64,000 nucleotides of DNA from Gammaproteobacteria bacterium (GCA_022827325.1 JAJDTE010000143.1:16034-80033), one strand, 5' to 3'; counted from the stretch's first letter, positions 39,587 through 51,763 are shown. The notes: a model not told the origin generated them from the sequence alone. Translations and numbers: made by a program.

Positions 39587-41104
39587 GTGGATATCCTGGC
39601 CGGCTTTGAAACGATTACGGGCGATCCGGTGGCGATGGCTGCCCTGTTGCTGGCCGCGGTGGCCGGGGTCATCGTCGGCGCCATACCCGGTCTCACGACG
39701 GCAGCCGCCATTGCCATGCTGGTACCGTTGACATATTACGTTCCGCCGCTGCCGGCGCTCGTATTTCTCTATGTGATGGGCAAATCCGGCCGGTTCGGTG
39801 GATCGATATCCGCCATTCTGTTCAATACACCGGGCACCGCGGCATCTGCGGCCACAATGCTCGACGGCCATCCACTGGTCAGGAAAGGAAAGGCCGGCAA
39901 GGCTCTGAAAATGGCTTCAGTCGCCTCGGTTTGCGGCGACTTTTGCGGTGACCTGATCCTGATCTTCGGCGTCGTGTTCATCGCCCAGTACACTGAAAGA
40001 CTGGGACCGCCCGAATACTTTGCCGCCCACCTGATGGCGTTCGTCCTGATTGGCAGCATGATTGGCAAATCCATCCTCAAGGGATTCATCAGCGGCCTGT
40101 TGGGTGTTGTCCTCAGCACAGTCGGTCTCGACACCATCAGCGGAATGCCTCGGCTTACTTTCGGTATCGCCGAGCTCGAGGGAGGCCTGTCCCTGGTACC
40201 GCTGCTGATCGGCGTCTTCGTGCTTTCCGAGGTGTTCGTCCGGAGCGAACAGTCGGCCGCCGCCAGCGTCGAGACCTCGCCCCGTCAATCGCAAAATCCG
40301 GGTGATCAGACGCTGCATTGGTCAGAAATCAGGCCCTGTGTTCCGGTCATACTGCGCTCCACCGGCATCGGCTCGATGATCGGAATGCTGCCGGGAATCG
40401 GCTCGGCGGTAGCTTGCTTCATTGCCTACGGGGAAGAAAAACGCCGGGCACCGGATCCGGAGAAATGGGGAACCGGCGAATTAAGGGGTATTGCCGCACC
40501 GGAATCGGCGAACAACGCCGTATCCGGACCAAGCATGATTCCCTTGCTTGCCCTCGGCATTCCAGGCAGCACGATCGCCGCCATCCTGGTATCGGTCTTC
40601 CTGATACACGGCATAACCGTCGGCCCGTCCATCTTCGTCCAGGACCGCGATCTTGTCTTTGGTCTGTTTGCCAGCGGCCTGATTGGCATACTGGTTTACG
40701 GTGCCATCGGTTATTATGCCGGCCCAGTGGTCGGACGGCTGGTGGCCATGCTGTCACCGAACATGATCTACCCGTTCGTTTTCCTGACAGCGTTCGTCGC
40801 CGCCTACTCGGCACGAAACAGCCTGCTGGACGTGTTGGTTATGACCCTCTTCGGTATCGTTGGCTACGGCATGAAAAAGTTCGATTTCAGTCCGGCCGCG
40901 CTGATCATTTCGTTCGTGCTCACACGCGGTGCAGAAGAAAGCCTGCGCCAGTCGCTGATTATCAGCGACAACGGCCCGTTGATATTCTTCGAGCGTCCAT
41001 TTGCCATCGGATGCTTTGTCATCATGGCGGTGCTGCTGGGAATCCGCGTACGTACTCGGCGCAACCCGGTTAGCACAAGGCAAGATAAAATGACCTCCGG
41101 GTAA
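39587..41104 (+). CDS. tctA: Tripartite tricarboxylate transporter large permease TctA
   Basis: GAIPGL, GGSISAIL.NTPGT, DGHP, APESANNA and PLLALGIPGS. Confidence 0.93.
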   Translation: MDILAGFETITGDPVAMAALLLAAVAGVIVGAIPGLTTAAAIAMLVPLTYYVPPLPALVFLYVMGKSGRFGGSISAILFNTPGTAASAATMLDGHPLVRKGKAGKALKMASVASVCGDFCGDLILIFGVVFIAQYTERLGPPEYFAAHLMAFVLIGSMIGKSILKGFISGLLGVVLSTVGLDTISGMPRLTFGIAELEGGLSLVPLLIGVFVLSEVFVRSEQSAAASVETSPRQSQNPGDQTLHWSEIRPCVPVILRSTGIGSMIGMLPGIGSAVACFIAYGEEKRRAPDPEKWGTGELRGIAAPESANNAVSGPSMIPLLALGIPGSTIAAILVSVFLIHGITVGPSIFVQDRDLVFGLFASGLIGILVYGAIGYYAGPVVGRLVAMLSPNMIYPFVFLTAFVAAYSARNSLLDVLVMTLFGIVGYGMKKFDFSPAALIISFVLTRGAEESLRQSLIISDNGPLIFFERPFAIGCFVIMAVLLGIRVRTRRNPVSTRQDKMTSG

Positions 41105-41524
41105 ATTGGCAGGCACGCGGGTGATCCGCGGCGGAACAAGGCATTGACAGACCACCGGATCCGGCTGCAATTCAGGGCGTCCGGCGATTACGCCGGCGGG
41201 GGCAGCCCCCATGTCGGGGCAGCGTGATTGCCCATTGATGGCAGAAAGTATGACTATCGCCCTACCTCGTTGAAATCCATGGGGAAATTCCGGGAACAGC
41301 GACAGCATGGAAAAGGCCTTGGTCGCCAGCGGCACCGGGGATAGCAGCGTGGCGAACGACAGAGCCGGGGCAATCCGGAAACACCGTTCCTCCCGAAATA
41401 ACGCCGGTACCGCGTGTGACAGGCGCAGCAGATCCTTCCCCTTTTGCGTCAGTGATGGCGTGTATCTTGCCTCGACCATGGCAGCGACATATATTCCCGG
41501 CAGTACAGCAGCGCCCCCTGGTCC

Positions 41525-41875
41525 ATGACCCGCATCTATCACAACCCGTGTTGTTCGAAATCCCGCGCCGTCCTTTCCCTGCTCGAGGCCAGGGGCATCG
41601 AACCGGAAGTGGTCCGCTACCTGGAGACGCCACCCGACGCGGACACGCTGCGCGGCATCGCCGACGCCCTTGGCTGTTCCGTGGGTGATTTCATGCGCAA
41701 GGGGGATGCCCTTTACCGGGAACTCGGCATCGCCGACGGAAATCACGACGAGGATGCGCTGATCCGGCTGGTCGTGGACAATCCCGTTTTGCTGGAACGT
41801 CCCATCGTTGTGCATGATGGCCGTGCCGTGATCGGCAGGCCGCCGGAAGCCGCGCTCACCCTGTTCGACCGCTGA
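41525..41875 (+). CDS. arsC: ArsC family (glutaredoxin-type) arsenate reductase-like protein
   Basis: IYHNPCCSKSR, LERPIV and IGRPPE. Confidence 0.85.
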   Translation: MTRIYHNPCCSKSRAVLSLLEARGIEPEVVRYLETPPDADTLRGIADALGCSVGDFMRKGDALYRELGIADGNHDEDALIRLVVDNPVLLERPIVVHDGRAVIGRPPEAALTLFDR

Positions 41876-41897
41876 CCCGATCACCGGAGACATCAAC

Positions 41898-42467
41898 ATG
41901 AACAAGCCTGCAGAAACCGTTTCGTTCACCCGCATGGAAGACGGCACGCGGGAAGAATACGCATTGCTGGCCGTCCACGAGGAGTCCGCCATCGGCGCCC
42001 TGCCGGAACGGCTCATGAAGGCCATGGAGCAGCTGGACGGCAGTCTGGAGGGCTACCGGGTCTCCCGTCTCGAGCATTCCCTCCAGTCCGCCACGCGGGC
42101 GTACCATGCGGGCGAGGACGAGGAGATGGTGGTGGCCGCCCTATTGCACGATATCGGCGACATCCTGGCCCCGGCCTCCCACAGCGAGATGTCCGCGGCC
42201 GTCCTCAGACTCTATGTCTCCGAGCGGGTGCACTGGATCATCAAGCATCATGGCCTGTTCCAGTCGTACTACTATGCCCATCACTATGACAAGGACCGGC
42301 ATGCCCGCGACCGTTTCAGGGACCACCCCTGGTACCAGGACTGCGTGGACTTCTGCCGGAACTACGACCAGAACTGCTTCGACCCGGAATACCCGTCCCT
42401 GCCGCTGGAGTTTTTCCGGCCCATGGTGGAACGGGTGATGTCGAAGCCCCGGGAGTATTCCTTCTGA
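41898..42467 (+). CDS. HD-domain protein (PhnZ/TmpB-like phosphohydrolase/oxygenase family)
   Basis: LEHSLQSATRA, AALLHDIGD, H, HH and YDQ..FDP.Y motifs. Confidence 0.8.
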   Translation: MNKPAETVSFTRMEDGTREEYALLAVHEESAIGALPERLMKAMEQLDGSLEGYRVSRLEHSLQSATRAYHAGEDEEMVVAALLHDIGDILAPASHSEMSAAVLRLYVSERVHWIIKHHGLFQSYYYAHHYDKDRHARDRFRDHPWYQDCVDFCRNYDQNCFDPEYPSLPLEFFRPMVERVMSKPREYSF

Positions 42468-42503
42468 ACCGCCGGCGGCGGGTGCCGCCTGTGCCGGGCC
42501 GGA

Positions 42504-44930
<2,427 letters not shown>

Positions 44931-44997
44931 TTATATCATGAAACCACCCGCATTCGGGCCGGAACCCGATCAGGACATGATTTATTTTATATCTATT

Positions 44998-45010
44998 AAT
45001 CAATTTGTTA
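44998..45010 (+). promoter_or_regulatory. IHF consensus in AT-rich region upstream of gyrB
   Basis: AATCAAtttgTTA, an exact WATCAANNNNTTR match; a TATAAT -10 box lies on the minus strand near 44929-44934. Confidence 0.45.
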
Positions 45011-45551
45011 TATCATTGATTATACTCATGGATCGGACGTCATGCCGATCCTGGACAGCTGCCCGTCCGGCCATGGGCGAAGGCCCGCCACGAAGGCCCG
45101 CGGAACGGTGCGGAAATTCCCCTGCAGGCGCCGGATCGCCGGCCTTCAGCCCGCTGGTTCCGGTTCTCGGACGGCCGGCCGGTACGGTTTCCGTTGCAAT
45201 GGCAAAAGGGCGAGCGATCCGGACACACGGCAATCTCACACCCCCCGGAGGGCAACCGATTCGGGCATGGAGAAGCCCGCCCAGGGCCAGTCCGTGCGTT
45301 TTCCCGCTTCTTTCCCGCAAACCGACCTAGGGCCGTGGTCCCGGCGCTGCGGCAGTATCATCATCCACGGACAATCGGTGAACGGAGATTCCACCCTGCC
45401 CCGTCACCGTGAATGACGGCCAGACGCGGCCTGTCGGGGAAACTGCGTGCCGGGTCATCCGCCGGCAGACGGTCAGGACGATCCCATGTCCCGAGTTTGG
45501 TGCAGTCGCAGTGCTTCGGAGAGACCCGGCCGCGTCGGTTCAGGTGTGCAA

Positions 45552-45567
45552 TGTTTCACGTGAAACA
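45552..45567. promoter_or_regulatory. parS centromere site
   Basis: Perfect consensus TGTTTCACGTGAAACA. Confidence 0.92.
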
Positions 45568-45731
45568 TTTTCCGAGACAGATCCGTCCGAATTTTTATTC
45601 CTTCCGGCCTTTCCGCCGGGATGACATGGCCGGGCCAAATACGACCCGCTCCTTTCCCGGGGCCGGCGACAGCGCATTTCCGGTCGTTCGGTCAGCGGAT
45701 GCCGGTTCGGAACGCGGTTCCCGGCCGAAGA

Positions 45732-45747
45732 TGTTTCACGTGAAACA
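45732..45747. promoter_or_regulatory. parS centromere site
   Basis: Perfect consensus TGTTTCACGTGAAACA, 180 bp from the first copy. Confidence 0.92.
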
Positions 45748-45819
45748 TTGCGCATCAAATGCGCACGGATTCAGCAGAGGAGGGAATGGTCCGGCCAGGA
45801 GCCGGACGGAGGCCGTGGA

Positions 45820-46926
45820 TCAGATCCGCATGGGCATCACCAGCCAGACGGATACCTCGTCGTCCGGCTGGTTCAGGATACAGATCCCGTCATTTCCCTG
45901 GAAATTCAGCAATACGGTATCGCCCGCGATTGCCTTTGCAGCTTCAATGAGATAGGAGACATTGTACCCGGTCTCGATGGGCTCGCCGTCGTACTCGACG
46001 GAGATCTCCTCCAGCGCTTCCTCCTGTTCCGGGTTGTTCGCGGTCACCGCGATGTTGCCTTCGGCCAGGCGCAGCTTCACACCCTTGAACCGATCCGTGG
46101 TCAGGATTCCCGCACGGTTCAGGATGTCAATCAGTTCACCGCGGTTGACATGGATACCGGTCGCGCTCATCGTGGTCTCCAGCACACCCTTGAATTCGGG
46201 AAACTTTCCATCGATCAGCTTGCTGATCATCGTGGTGTTTCCACGGGTCATTCGCAGGTGGTTCCTGCTCATCTGCACGGTAATCTCGGTTTCTTCCACG
46301 TTTCCGAGAAACCGGGTGATCTCGGCCACCGCCTTGCGCGGCACAATGATCTGGCGCAGTTTCTCTACCGAGAGCTGAATGGTTTCCTCGCTTTGCGCGA
46401 GCCGGTGCCCGTCGGTGGCGATGGCCCGCAGGGTGTTGAGGCCGAGTTCGAACAGGATGCCGTTGAGGTAGTAGCGCACATCCTGGACAGCCATGGCGAA
46501 AGCGGTCTTTTCAAGGATCCTTTTGAGATTTAGATCATTGATTTTAAATCTTTCCTCAAAGCTGGTTACCTCGATCCTCGGGAAATCCTCAGCCGGCAGG
46601 GTCTTCAGCGTGTACCTGCTTCGCCCGGAACTGACCAACACCTTATCACCACTGCTCGCGAAGTTGATCACTGCCTCTTCCGGCAGCATCCGGCAGATAT
46701 CCAGCACTTTCCTCGCGGACACGGTGAAGGCGCCGTTGTCCCCTTCCACATCCTCCAGGGTCTCGGAAATTTCCAGCTCGAGATCCGTTCCGACAATGGT
46801 GAGCTGTCCGTCTTCAAGACCGAAGTAGAGGTTGGCGAGAACCGGCAGGGTCTGTTGCTTCTCAACAACACTCCCGACCAGGCTCAACGTGGGAAGAAGG
46901 GCGGCTCTTTCAATCTTGATATTCAT
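45820..46926 (-). CDS. dnaN: DNA polymerase III beta clamp
   Basis: GTDLE, QDVRYYLNG, ATDGHRL, KLIDGKFP and C-terminal VMPMRI. Confidence 0.97.
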   Translation of the reverse strand: MNIKIERAALLPTLSLVGSVVEKQQTLPVLANLYFGLEDGQLTIVGTDLELEISETLEDVEGDNGAFTVSARKVLDICRMLPEEAVINFASSGDKVLVSSGRSRYTLKTLPAEDFPRIEVTSFEERFKINDLNLKRILEKTAFAMAVQDVRYYLNGILFELGLNTLRAIATDGHRLAQSEETIQLSVEKLRQIIVPRKAVAEITRFLGNVEETEITVQMSRNHLRMTRGNTTMISKLIDGKFPEFKGVLETTMSATGIHVNRGELIDILNRAGILTTDRFKGVKLRLAEGNIAVTANNPEQEEALEEISVEYDGEPIETGYNVSYLIEAAKAIAGDTVLLNFQGNDGICILNQPDDEVSVWLVMPMRI

Positions 46927-47230
46927 GTAATGTATATGATAGTTGTTTTTCTAGGCCCTGTGGATATGTGGATGAAATTAATTAATCCTTTTCGGTCAAT
47001 ATTTTACCGGCATACTTGCTGTGGGGAAACCGTCGATGGGGGCGGTATGGGGCAGAATTTCCATGGGGATAAATATTATCCACAAACCGTCAACGGAAAA
47101 AGCCCTGATTTGCATCGATAACCCACAGGTTTTCCAGTGACAGTTCACAGCATCGGCCGTCAGGCGCCAGGGCAGGGTACCGGCCGGCGGGACGGGCAAC
47201 CCCGGGGCCGGCGGAAGCAGGAATCGGGGA
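46927..47230. other. Probable chromosomal replication origin (oriC) between dnaA and dnaN
   Basis: DnaA boxes TTATCCACA (47076-84), TGGGGATAA (47064-72), tandem TGTGGATAT/TGTGGATGA (46959-75) and weaker TAACCCACA (47119-27). A GGCC spacer and an AT-rich trio-like tract abut the dnaN start. Confidence 0.8.
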
Positions 47231-48601
47231 TCAGGCGCCGAACAGGCGTTGCAGGTTGCGGTAGTCCTCCCGCACCTTGTTGTCGGACCGCAGCAGCTCC
47301 TCCACCTTGCGGCAGGCATGCAGCACCGTGGTGTGGTCGCGCCCGCCGAAATGATCCCCGATCTGGGGCAGGCTGTAGTTGGTCAGTTCCTTGACGAAGG
47401 ACATCGCGATCTGCCGGGGGCGGGTGATGTCCCTGGACCGTTTCTTGGAGATCAGGTCCGAAACCCGTACCTTGAAGTATTCCGCCACGGTTTGCTGGAT
47501 ATTCTCGATGCTGAGCCGGGATTCCCGGTACATCACGATATCGCGCAGCGCCTCCCGGGCCAGGTCGAGGTCGATGGCACGGCCCGTGAAACCGGAACTC
47601 GCGATGATCCTGTGCAGGGCGCCTTCGAGCTCCCGCACATTGGAACGGATGGTGTTGGCGACGAAGAACGACACGTCCGAGGGCAGGGATTCCCCGAGTT
47701 TCTTGGCCTTGTACTCGAGGATTGCCACCCGGGTTTCCAGTTCCGGCGGTTCGATGGCCACGGTGAGACCGCTGCTGAACCGGGACACCAGTCGTTCCTC
47801 CACGTCGGTGATGGCCTTGGGAAGACGGTCGCTGGTGATGATGATCTGGTGCTGGCCCTCCAGCAGGGCGTTGAACGTATGGAAGAACTCCTCCTGGGTC
47901 TGTGTCTTGCGGGCGAAGAACTGGATGTCGTCGATCAGCAATGCGTCCAGGGAGCGGTAGTAGTGCTTGAACGCATTCATGGAATTGGTGCGGAGCGCCT
48001 TGACCATGTCGTTGACGAACAGTTCCGAGCGGATATAGACAACCTTGGCGCCGGGATTGCCTTCGAGGATCAGGTTCCCGGCGGCCTGCATCAGGTGTGT
48101 CTTGCCGAGCCCGACTCCGCCGTAGATGAACAGCGGGTTGTAGGAACTGCCCGGGTGCTTGCCAACCTGCTGCGCGGCGGCCCTGGCCAGCTGGTTGGAC
48201 GTGCCCTCGATGTGGTTGGCGAACGTGAAATCACGGTTGATGCCGTTGCTGGACTGGGGTACGGGACGGGTGTTCCGGCCATCGCCGTATTCAGTGGCAA
48301 ACGAAATGCCGTTGCCCGAACTGTTGCCGGGGCGCGCCGCCTGGGGGCGGTCGCTGGCAAGGCTGCCGATCTCGCACTGGACCTGGCTGATGCCTGCATC
48401 CATGGAAACCACGGCCGATTCGATCGTGTCGAGCAGGTTCTGCCTGACATGGTTGAGAACGTACCGGTTCGGTGCCAGCAATTTCAGGGTCTGGCCCCGG
48501 ATGCTGGAGTGGAGCGGCAGAAGCCAGGTATTGACCACATCATCCGCCATTTCACCTCTCAGCTTCTCCAGGCAGATGTGCCAGATATTGTTATTGCTCA
48601 T
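47231..48601 (-). CDS. dnaA: Chromosomal replication initiator DnaA
   Basis: YNPLFIYGGVGLGKTHL, LLIDDIQF, SNVRELEGAL and GGRDHTTVLHA. Confidence 0.98.
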   Translation of the reverse strand: MSNNNIWHICLEKLRGEMADDVVNTWLLPLHSSIRGQTLKLLAPNRYVLNHVRQNLLDTIESAVVSMDAGISQVQCEIGSLASDRPQAARPGNSSGNGISFATEYGDGRNTRPVPQSSNGINRDFTFANHIEGTSNQLARAAAQQVGKHPGSSYNPLFIYGGVGLGKTHLMQAAGNLILEGNPGAKVVYIRSELFVNDMVKALRTNSMNAFKHYYRSLDALLIDDIQFFARKTQTQEEFFHTFNALLEGQHQIIITSDRLPKAITDVEERLVSRFSSGLTVAIEPPELETRVAILEYKAKKLGESLPSDVSFFVANTIRSNVRELEGALHRIIASSGFTGRAIDLDLAREALRDIVMYRESRLSIENIQQTVAEYFKVRVSDLISKKRSRDITRPRQIAMSFVKELTNYSLPQIGDHFGGRDHTTVLHACRKVEELLRSDNKVREDYRNLQRLFGA

Positions 48602-48672
48602 TATTTAGTCAACCGATTTATCGGCCCGATTATCATCCCTCGGGTAGGGCACATCCAGAAAAAACCTGACCA

Positions 48673-48822
48673 TTTGTCCAAACTAAAAGGACAAAAATCC
48701 CCCAACTGATTGATAAAATTGTAAAAAAAACAAGAATACCAGAAGCGGCGCCGGACTTGTGTGCATCGCGGCTGACGCTTGGGGATATAAGAGTCTAAAC
48801 CCAGCACGAATATTTATCCACA
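48673..48822. promoter_or_regulatory. dnaA upstream regulatory region: dyad, IHF site and DnaA boxes
   Basis: TTTGTCC-N9-GGACAAA (48673-95), IHF consensus on the minus strand TATCAAtcagTTG (48703-15), TGGGGATAT (48780-88) and perfect TTATCCACA (48814-22). Confidence 0.6.
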
Positions 48823-49037
48823 GGAGAACCCCGTGCAGAAGGGAAATAATTTTCTTTTTTCGGGCAGGTCGGCAGGATGCAGAAACATCCCGGAAATTCA
48901 CGCCATCGGGAAATAATCGCGGCGATAATCACTTAGACAGGCAAGCCAACCTGTCACTTCAAGGGAATCCTGTATCTGTTCGTGAACCGCCGGTTGGCAC
49001 AGGCCGGTTCCCCGTTGCATGCGCCGTTCGGACCGCG

Positions 49038-50369
49038 CTAGCCGGCGGGCAGGGAGATGGTGACGGTAAGACCGCCCCCGTCATCGTTGAACGCATGGAT
49101 GGAGCCCCGGTGAAGTTCGATGATCGCCTTCGCCAGGGCAAGGCCGATCCCGTGATGGCCGTTGCCGGTGCTCCGGGCCTCGTCGGCACGGTAGAACGGG
49201 TCGAAAATCCGGTGCAGCTTGTCCGGGTCCACGCCGGTACCATGATCCCGGACATCGATCGAGTAATTGCTGTACACATGCTTCAGGGTGATTTCCACGT
49301 TGCCGCCGGGCGGGGAATGCTTGAGCGCGTTTCGCACCACATTCTCCAGCGCGCTCATCAGCAGCGGGGCGTCGCCCGAACACCTCGCGGTACCGGGGCC
49401 CTGGACCGAAACGGTCTTGCCTTCGGGGGAGAACTCGAAGCCGGCGTCATCCGATACGGCCCTCAGGGTTGCCATCAGTTCCATCGCCACGGGTTCCAGG
49501 GCCACGCCGGATTTCAGCCGTGACAGCGACAGCAGATCCTCGATCATCCGGTCCAGCCGGCCGACCTCGTTCTCGATGCGCAGGCTGGCCTCCGTGTCGC
49601 CGGATTTCCGCGCCCACAGGGAAGCCGCCACCTGGATGCGGTTGAGCGGGGAACGCAGTTCGTGGGATACGTCCCGCAGCAGCTGGTTGTGGCTTTGCAC
49701 CGACTGTTCCAGGCGTTCGGTCATGCCGTTGAATTCCCGGGCGAGGTCGCCGAAGGTGTCCCGGCGGCTGGTGATGTGATCGGGCAGCCGGGCGCCGAGA
49801 TTGTCGGCGCTGATGGAACCCGCGGTGTCTCGGAACGCGCGCAGCGGCTGCAGGATCCAGTAGCCGATCGCGGCGCTGCCGACCGCAAGGCCGAGTACCA
49901 GCATGGTCAGCAGGGGGATCCAGAGATACTCGAACTGGCCTTGCCGATGGATGCCCAGCGGGGTGGTGGTCATGATGACGTGGTACCGCTGCCCGTCAAG
50001 CTCCACCGGTTCGGTGTACACGATGAAGTGGCCGGTCTGGTTCTGGTGGGGATAGATGATCTGGGGAAACTCCCGGATCTGGTTCCGGATCCCGGACGGC
50101 ACGCCGGGATGGGTCAGCGTCCGGCCGCGGTCATCTTCAATCCAGGCGCGCACGTTGAACCGGTCCAGCCGGCTGATGGCCCTTTCGATGTCGCCATCGT
50201 GATAGTCGTGTACCAGTTCCTGGGCGGCCTCCCTGATCATCGAACGCACCCGTTCCCCGCCTGGCTCCAGTTCTCGGTCGATCCAGTGGAACAGAAGGAA
50301 GGAAATCAGCACCACCACCAGGGAACATCCCAGTAACAGTGTCAGAATCCTGAAAAACAGCGACTTCAC
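49038..50369 (-). CDS. cpxA: CpxA-like HAMP sensor histidine kinase
   Basis: Two TM helices, HAMP, DVSHELRSPL, ENVVRNA, D.G.GV, FYR and GIGLA. Confidence 0.8.
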   Translation of the reverse strand: MKSLFFRILTLLLGCSLVVVLISFLLFHWIDRELEPGGERVRSMIREAAQELVHDYHDGDIERAISRLDRFNVRAWIEDDRGRTLTHPGVPSGIRNQIREFPQIIYPHQNQTGHFIVYTEPVELDGQRYHVIMTTTPLGIHRQGQFEYLWIPLLTMLVLGLAVGSAAIGYWILQPLRAFRDTAGSISADNLGARLPDHITSRRDTFGDLAREFNGMTERLEQSVQSHNQLLRDVSHELRSPLNRIQVAASLWARKSGDTEASLRIENEVGRLDRMIEDLLSLSRLKSGVALEPVAMELMATLRAVSDDAGFEFSPEGKTVSVQGPGTARCSGDAPLLMSALENVVRNALKHSPPGGNVEITLKHVYSNYSIDVRDHGTGVDPDKLHRIFDPFYRADEARSTGNGHHGIGLALAKAIIELHRGSIHAFNDDGGGLTVTISLPAG

Positions 50370-51070
50370 GGTGCCCGGGCCTGCGAGACATAGAGATAGC
50401 CGCTGCCGCGCAGGGTCCGGATCCGCTCGCTGCCGTCATCGTGCAGGCCGATTTTCCTGCGCAGGTTGCTGATATGGACATCGATGCTGCGGTCCCACTG
50501 CGAAATCGGCTTGTCCAGGACATTGAGCGACATGTCCGCCTTGGTGACCACCTGGTCCGGTGTGGAAAGCAGCAGGTACAGCAGATCGAACTCGGTCTGG
50601 GTCAGGCAGACATCGTTCCCCATCACGGTGGTGCGCCGGGTTCCGGGATACAGCCCGAGGTCGCCCAGTACCAGGTCCCGGTCCGGCGGTGAAATGTTGC
50701 CCCCGCTGCGTCGCAGCACGGCGCGGATCCGGGCCAGCAGCTCCCGCGGATTGCAGGGTTTTCCGAGGTAGTCGTCCGCCCCGAGTTCAAGCCCCAGGAT
50801 CCGGTCGAGATCATCGCCCCGGGCAGTCAGCATGATCACGGGAATGTCGGTATGCCGCCGGATTTCCTTCAGCGCCTCGATGCCGCTCAATTCGGGCATC
50901 ATGATGTCCAGCACCACCAGATCCGGGGTCTCGTGTGCAACGGCCTGCACCGTTTCGAGCCCCGTGGCGGTGCATTCCACCGCGAATCCCTCCTCTTCCA
51001 GGTATTCCGACAGCATGTCCGTCAGTATGCTGTCGTCGTCGGCGATCAGTATTCGTGGGTTCTGGGTCAT
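50366..51070 (-). CDS. cpxR: CpxR-like OmpR-family response regulator
   Basis: DDD, LDIMMP, LTARGDD.DRILGLE.GADDY..KP, DRSIDVHISNLRRK and TLRGSGY. Confidence 0.85.
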   Translation of the reverse strand: MTQNPRILIADDDSILTDMLSEYLEEEGFAVECTATGLETVQAVAHETPDLVVLDIMMPELSGIEALKEIRRHTDIPVIMLTARGDDLDRILGLELGADDYLGKPCNPRELLARIRAVLRRSGGNISPPDRDLVLGDLGLYPGTRRTTVMGNDVCLTQTEFDLLYLLLSTPDQVVTKADMSLNVLDKPISQWDRSIDVHISNLRRKIGLHDDGSERIRTLRGSGYLYVSQARAP

Positions 51071-51135
51071 GGCGTGAAGGTGCGGACTTGGCCAGGGGTG
51101 TCCGCGAATATTATACCGACCGGGACGTGCAGACG

Positions 51136-51160
51136 AAAAAAGGCCCGCCGAAGCGGGCCT
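51136..51160 (-). terminator. Rho-independent terminator after the cpxP-like gene
   Basis: Minus strand AGGCCCGC-TTCG-GCGGGCCT followed by a T-run. Confidence 0.85.
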
Positions 51161-51176
51161 GTCGTGAAGAAGTAAA

Positions 51177-51689
51177 TCAAACACCATCCTTCGGTCCATT
51201 ATGGTTATGTAGGGCCATCCCTGCCTCCATGATCTGTTGCATCTCCCGGATCTGCTCGGGAGTGAGCACGGTTGCCACCTGTTTCAGGACTCCGGTCAAC
51301 TCAAGGGCCCGGTCCCGTGCCACCGCGGCAACGCGATCCGCCAGTATCGCTGCCCGTTCGTCAAAATCCTCTGCCGTGGGATCCAGCGCCAGGACCTCCA
51401 GCATCAGCCCGCGGCGGGCCTGCTGGTGGTTGCCCTGTTGTTGCCGTCGGTTCTCGAGGATCTTCTTCAGGGTGTCGAGCTGGGCTTCGGTCACCTCGAG
51501 ATCCTCGCTGGCATGCACTGCCGGATGCTTCGTGCCGCGGTCTCCAAGCATGCCGTCAAGGTGGTCGTGACGGTGATGGTAGCCCCGGTCAATCCCACCG
51601 TGCTTGTTGTGGCTGCCGGCGAAGACCGTGCCCATGCCCAGGAAGACAGCTATGAGAATGGATGCTTTGGCAATGTTCCGTTGGTTCAT
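51177..51689 (-). CDS. Spy/CpxP family periplasmic protein with His-rich N-terminus
   Basis: Signal peptide, L.VTEAQ and VLTPEQ (LTxxQ motifs); upstream of cpxRA-like genes. Confidence 0.8.
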   Translation of the reverse strand: MNQRNIAKASILIAVFLGMGTVFAGSHNKHGGIDRGYHHRHDHLDGMLGDRGTKHPAVHASEDLEVTEAQLDTLKKILENRRQQQGNHQQARRGLMLEVLALDPTAEDFDERAAILADRVAAVARDRALELTGVLKQVATVLTPEQIREMQQIMEAGMALHNHNGPKDGV

Positions 51690-51763
51690 GGTCCAAGTCC
51701 TCCGTTTCGTTTCATTTGGCATATCTCATGCTTTTCCGATGGGGTCATTGTGGTCCTGTCGGT

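Noticed and set aside
33750-41520. Integrase, att sites or direct repeats bounding the lower-GC island
   Set aside because: No mobility gene, tRNA or terminal repeat was found by eye, so it is not reported as a mobile element.
45413-45955. 180-aa ORF with a repeated MFHVKH motif (and NVSRET in other frames)
   Set aside because: The repeat is simply the translation of the two parS palindromes.
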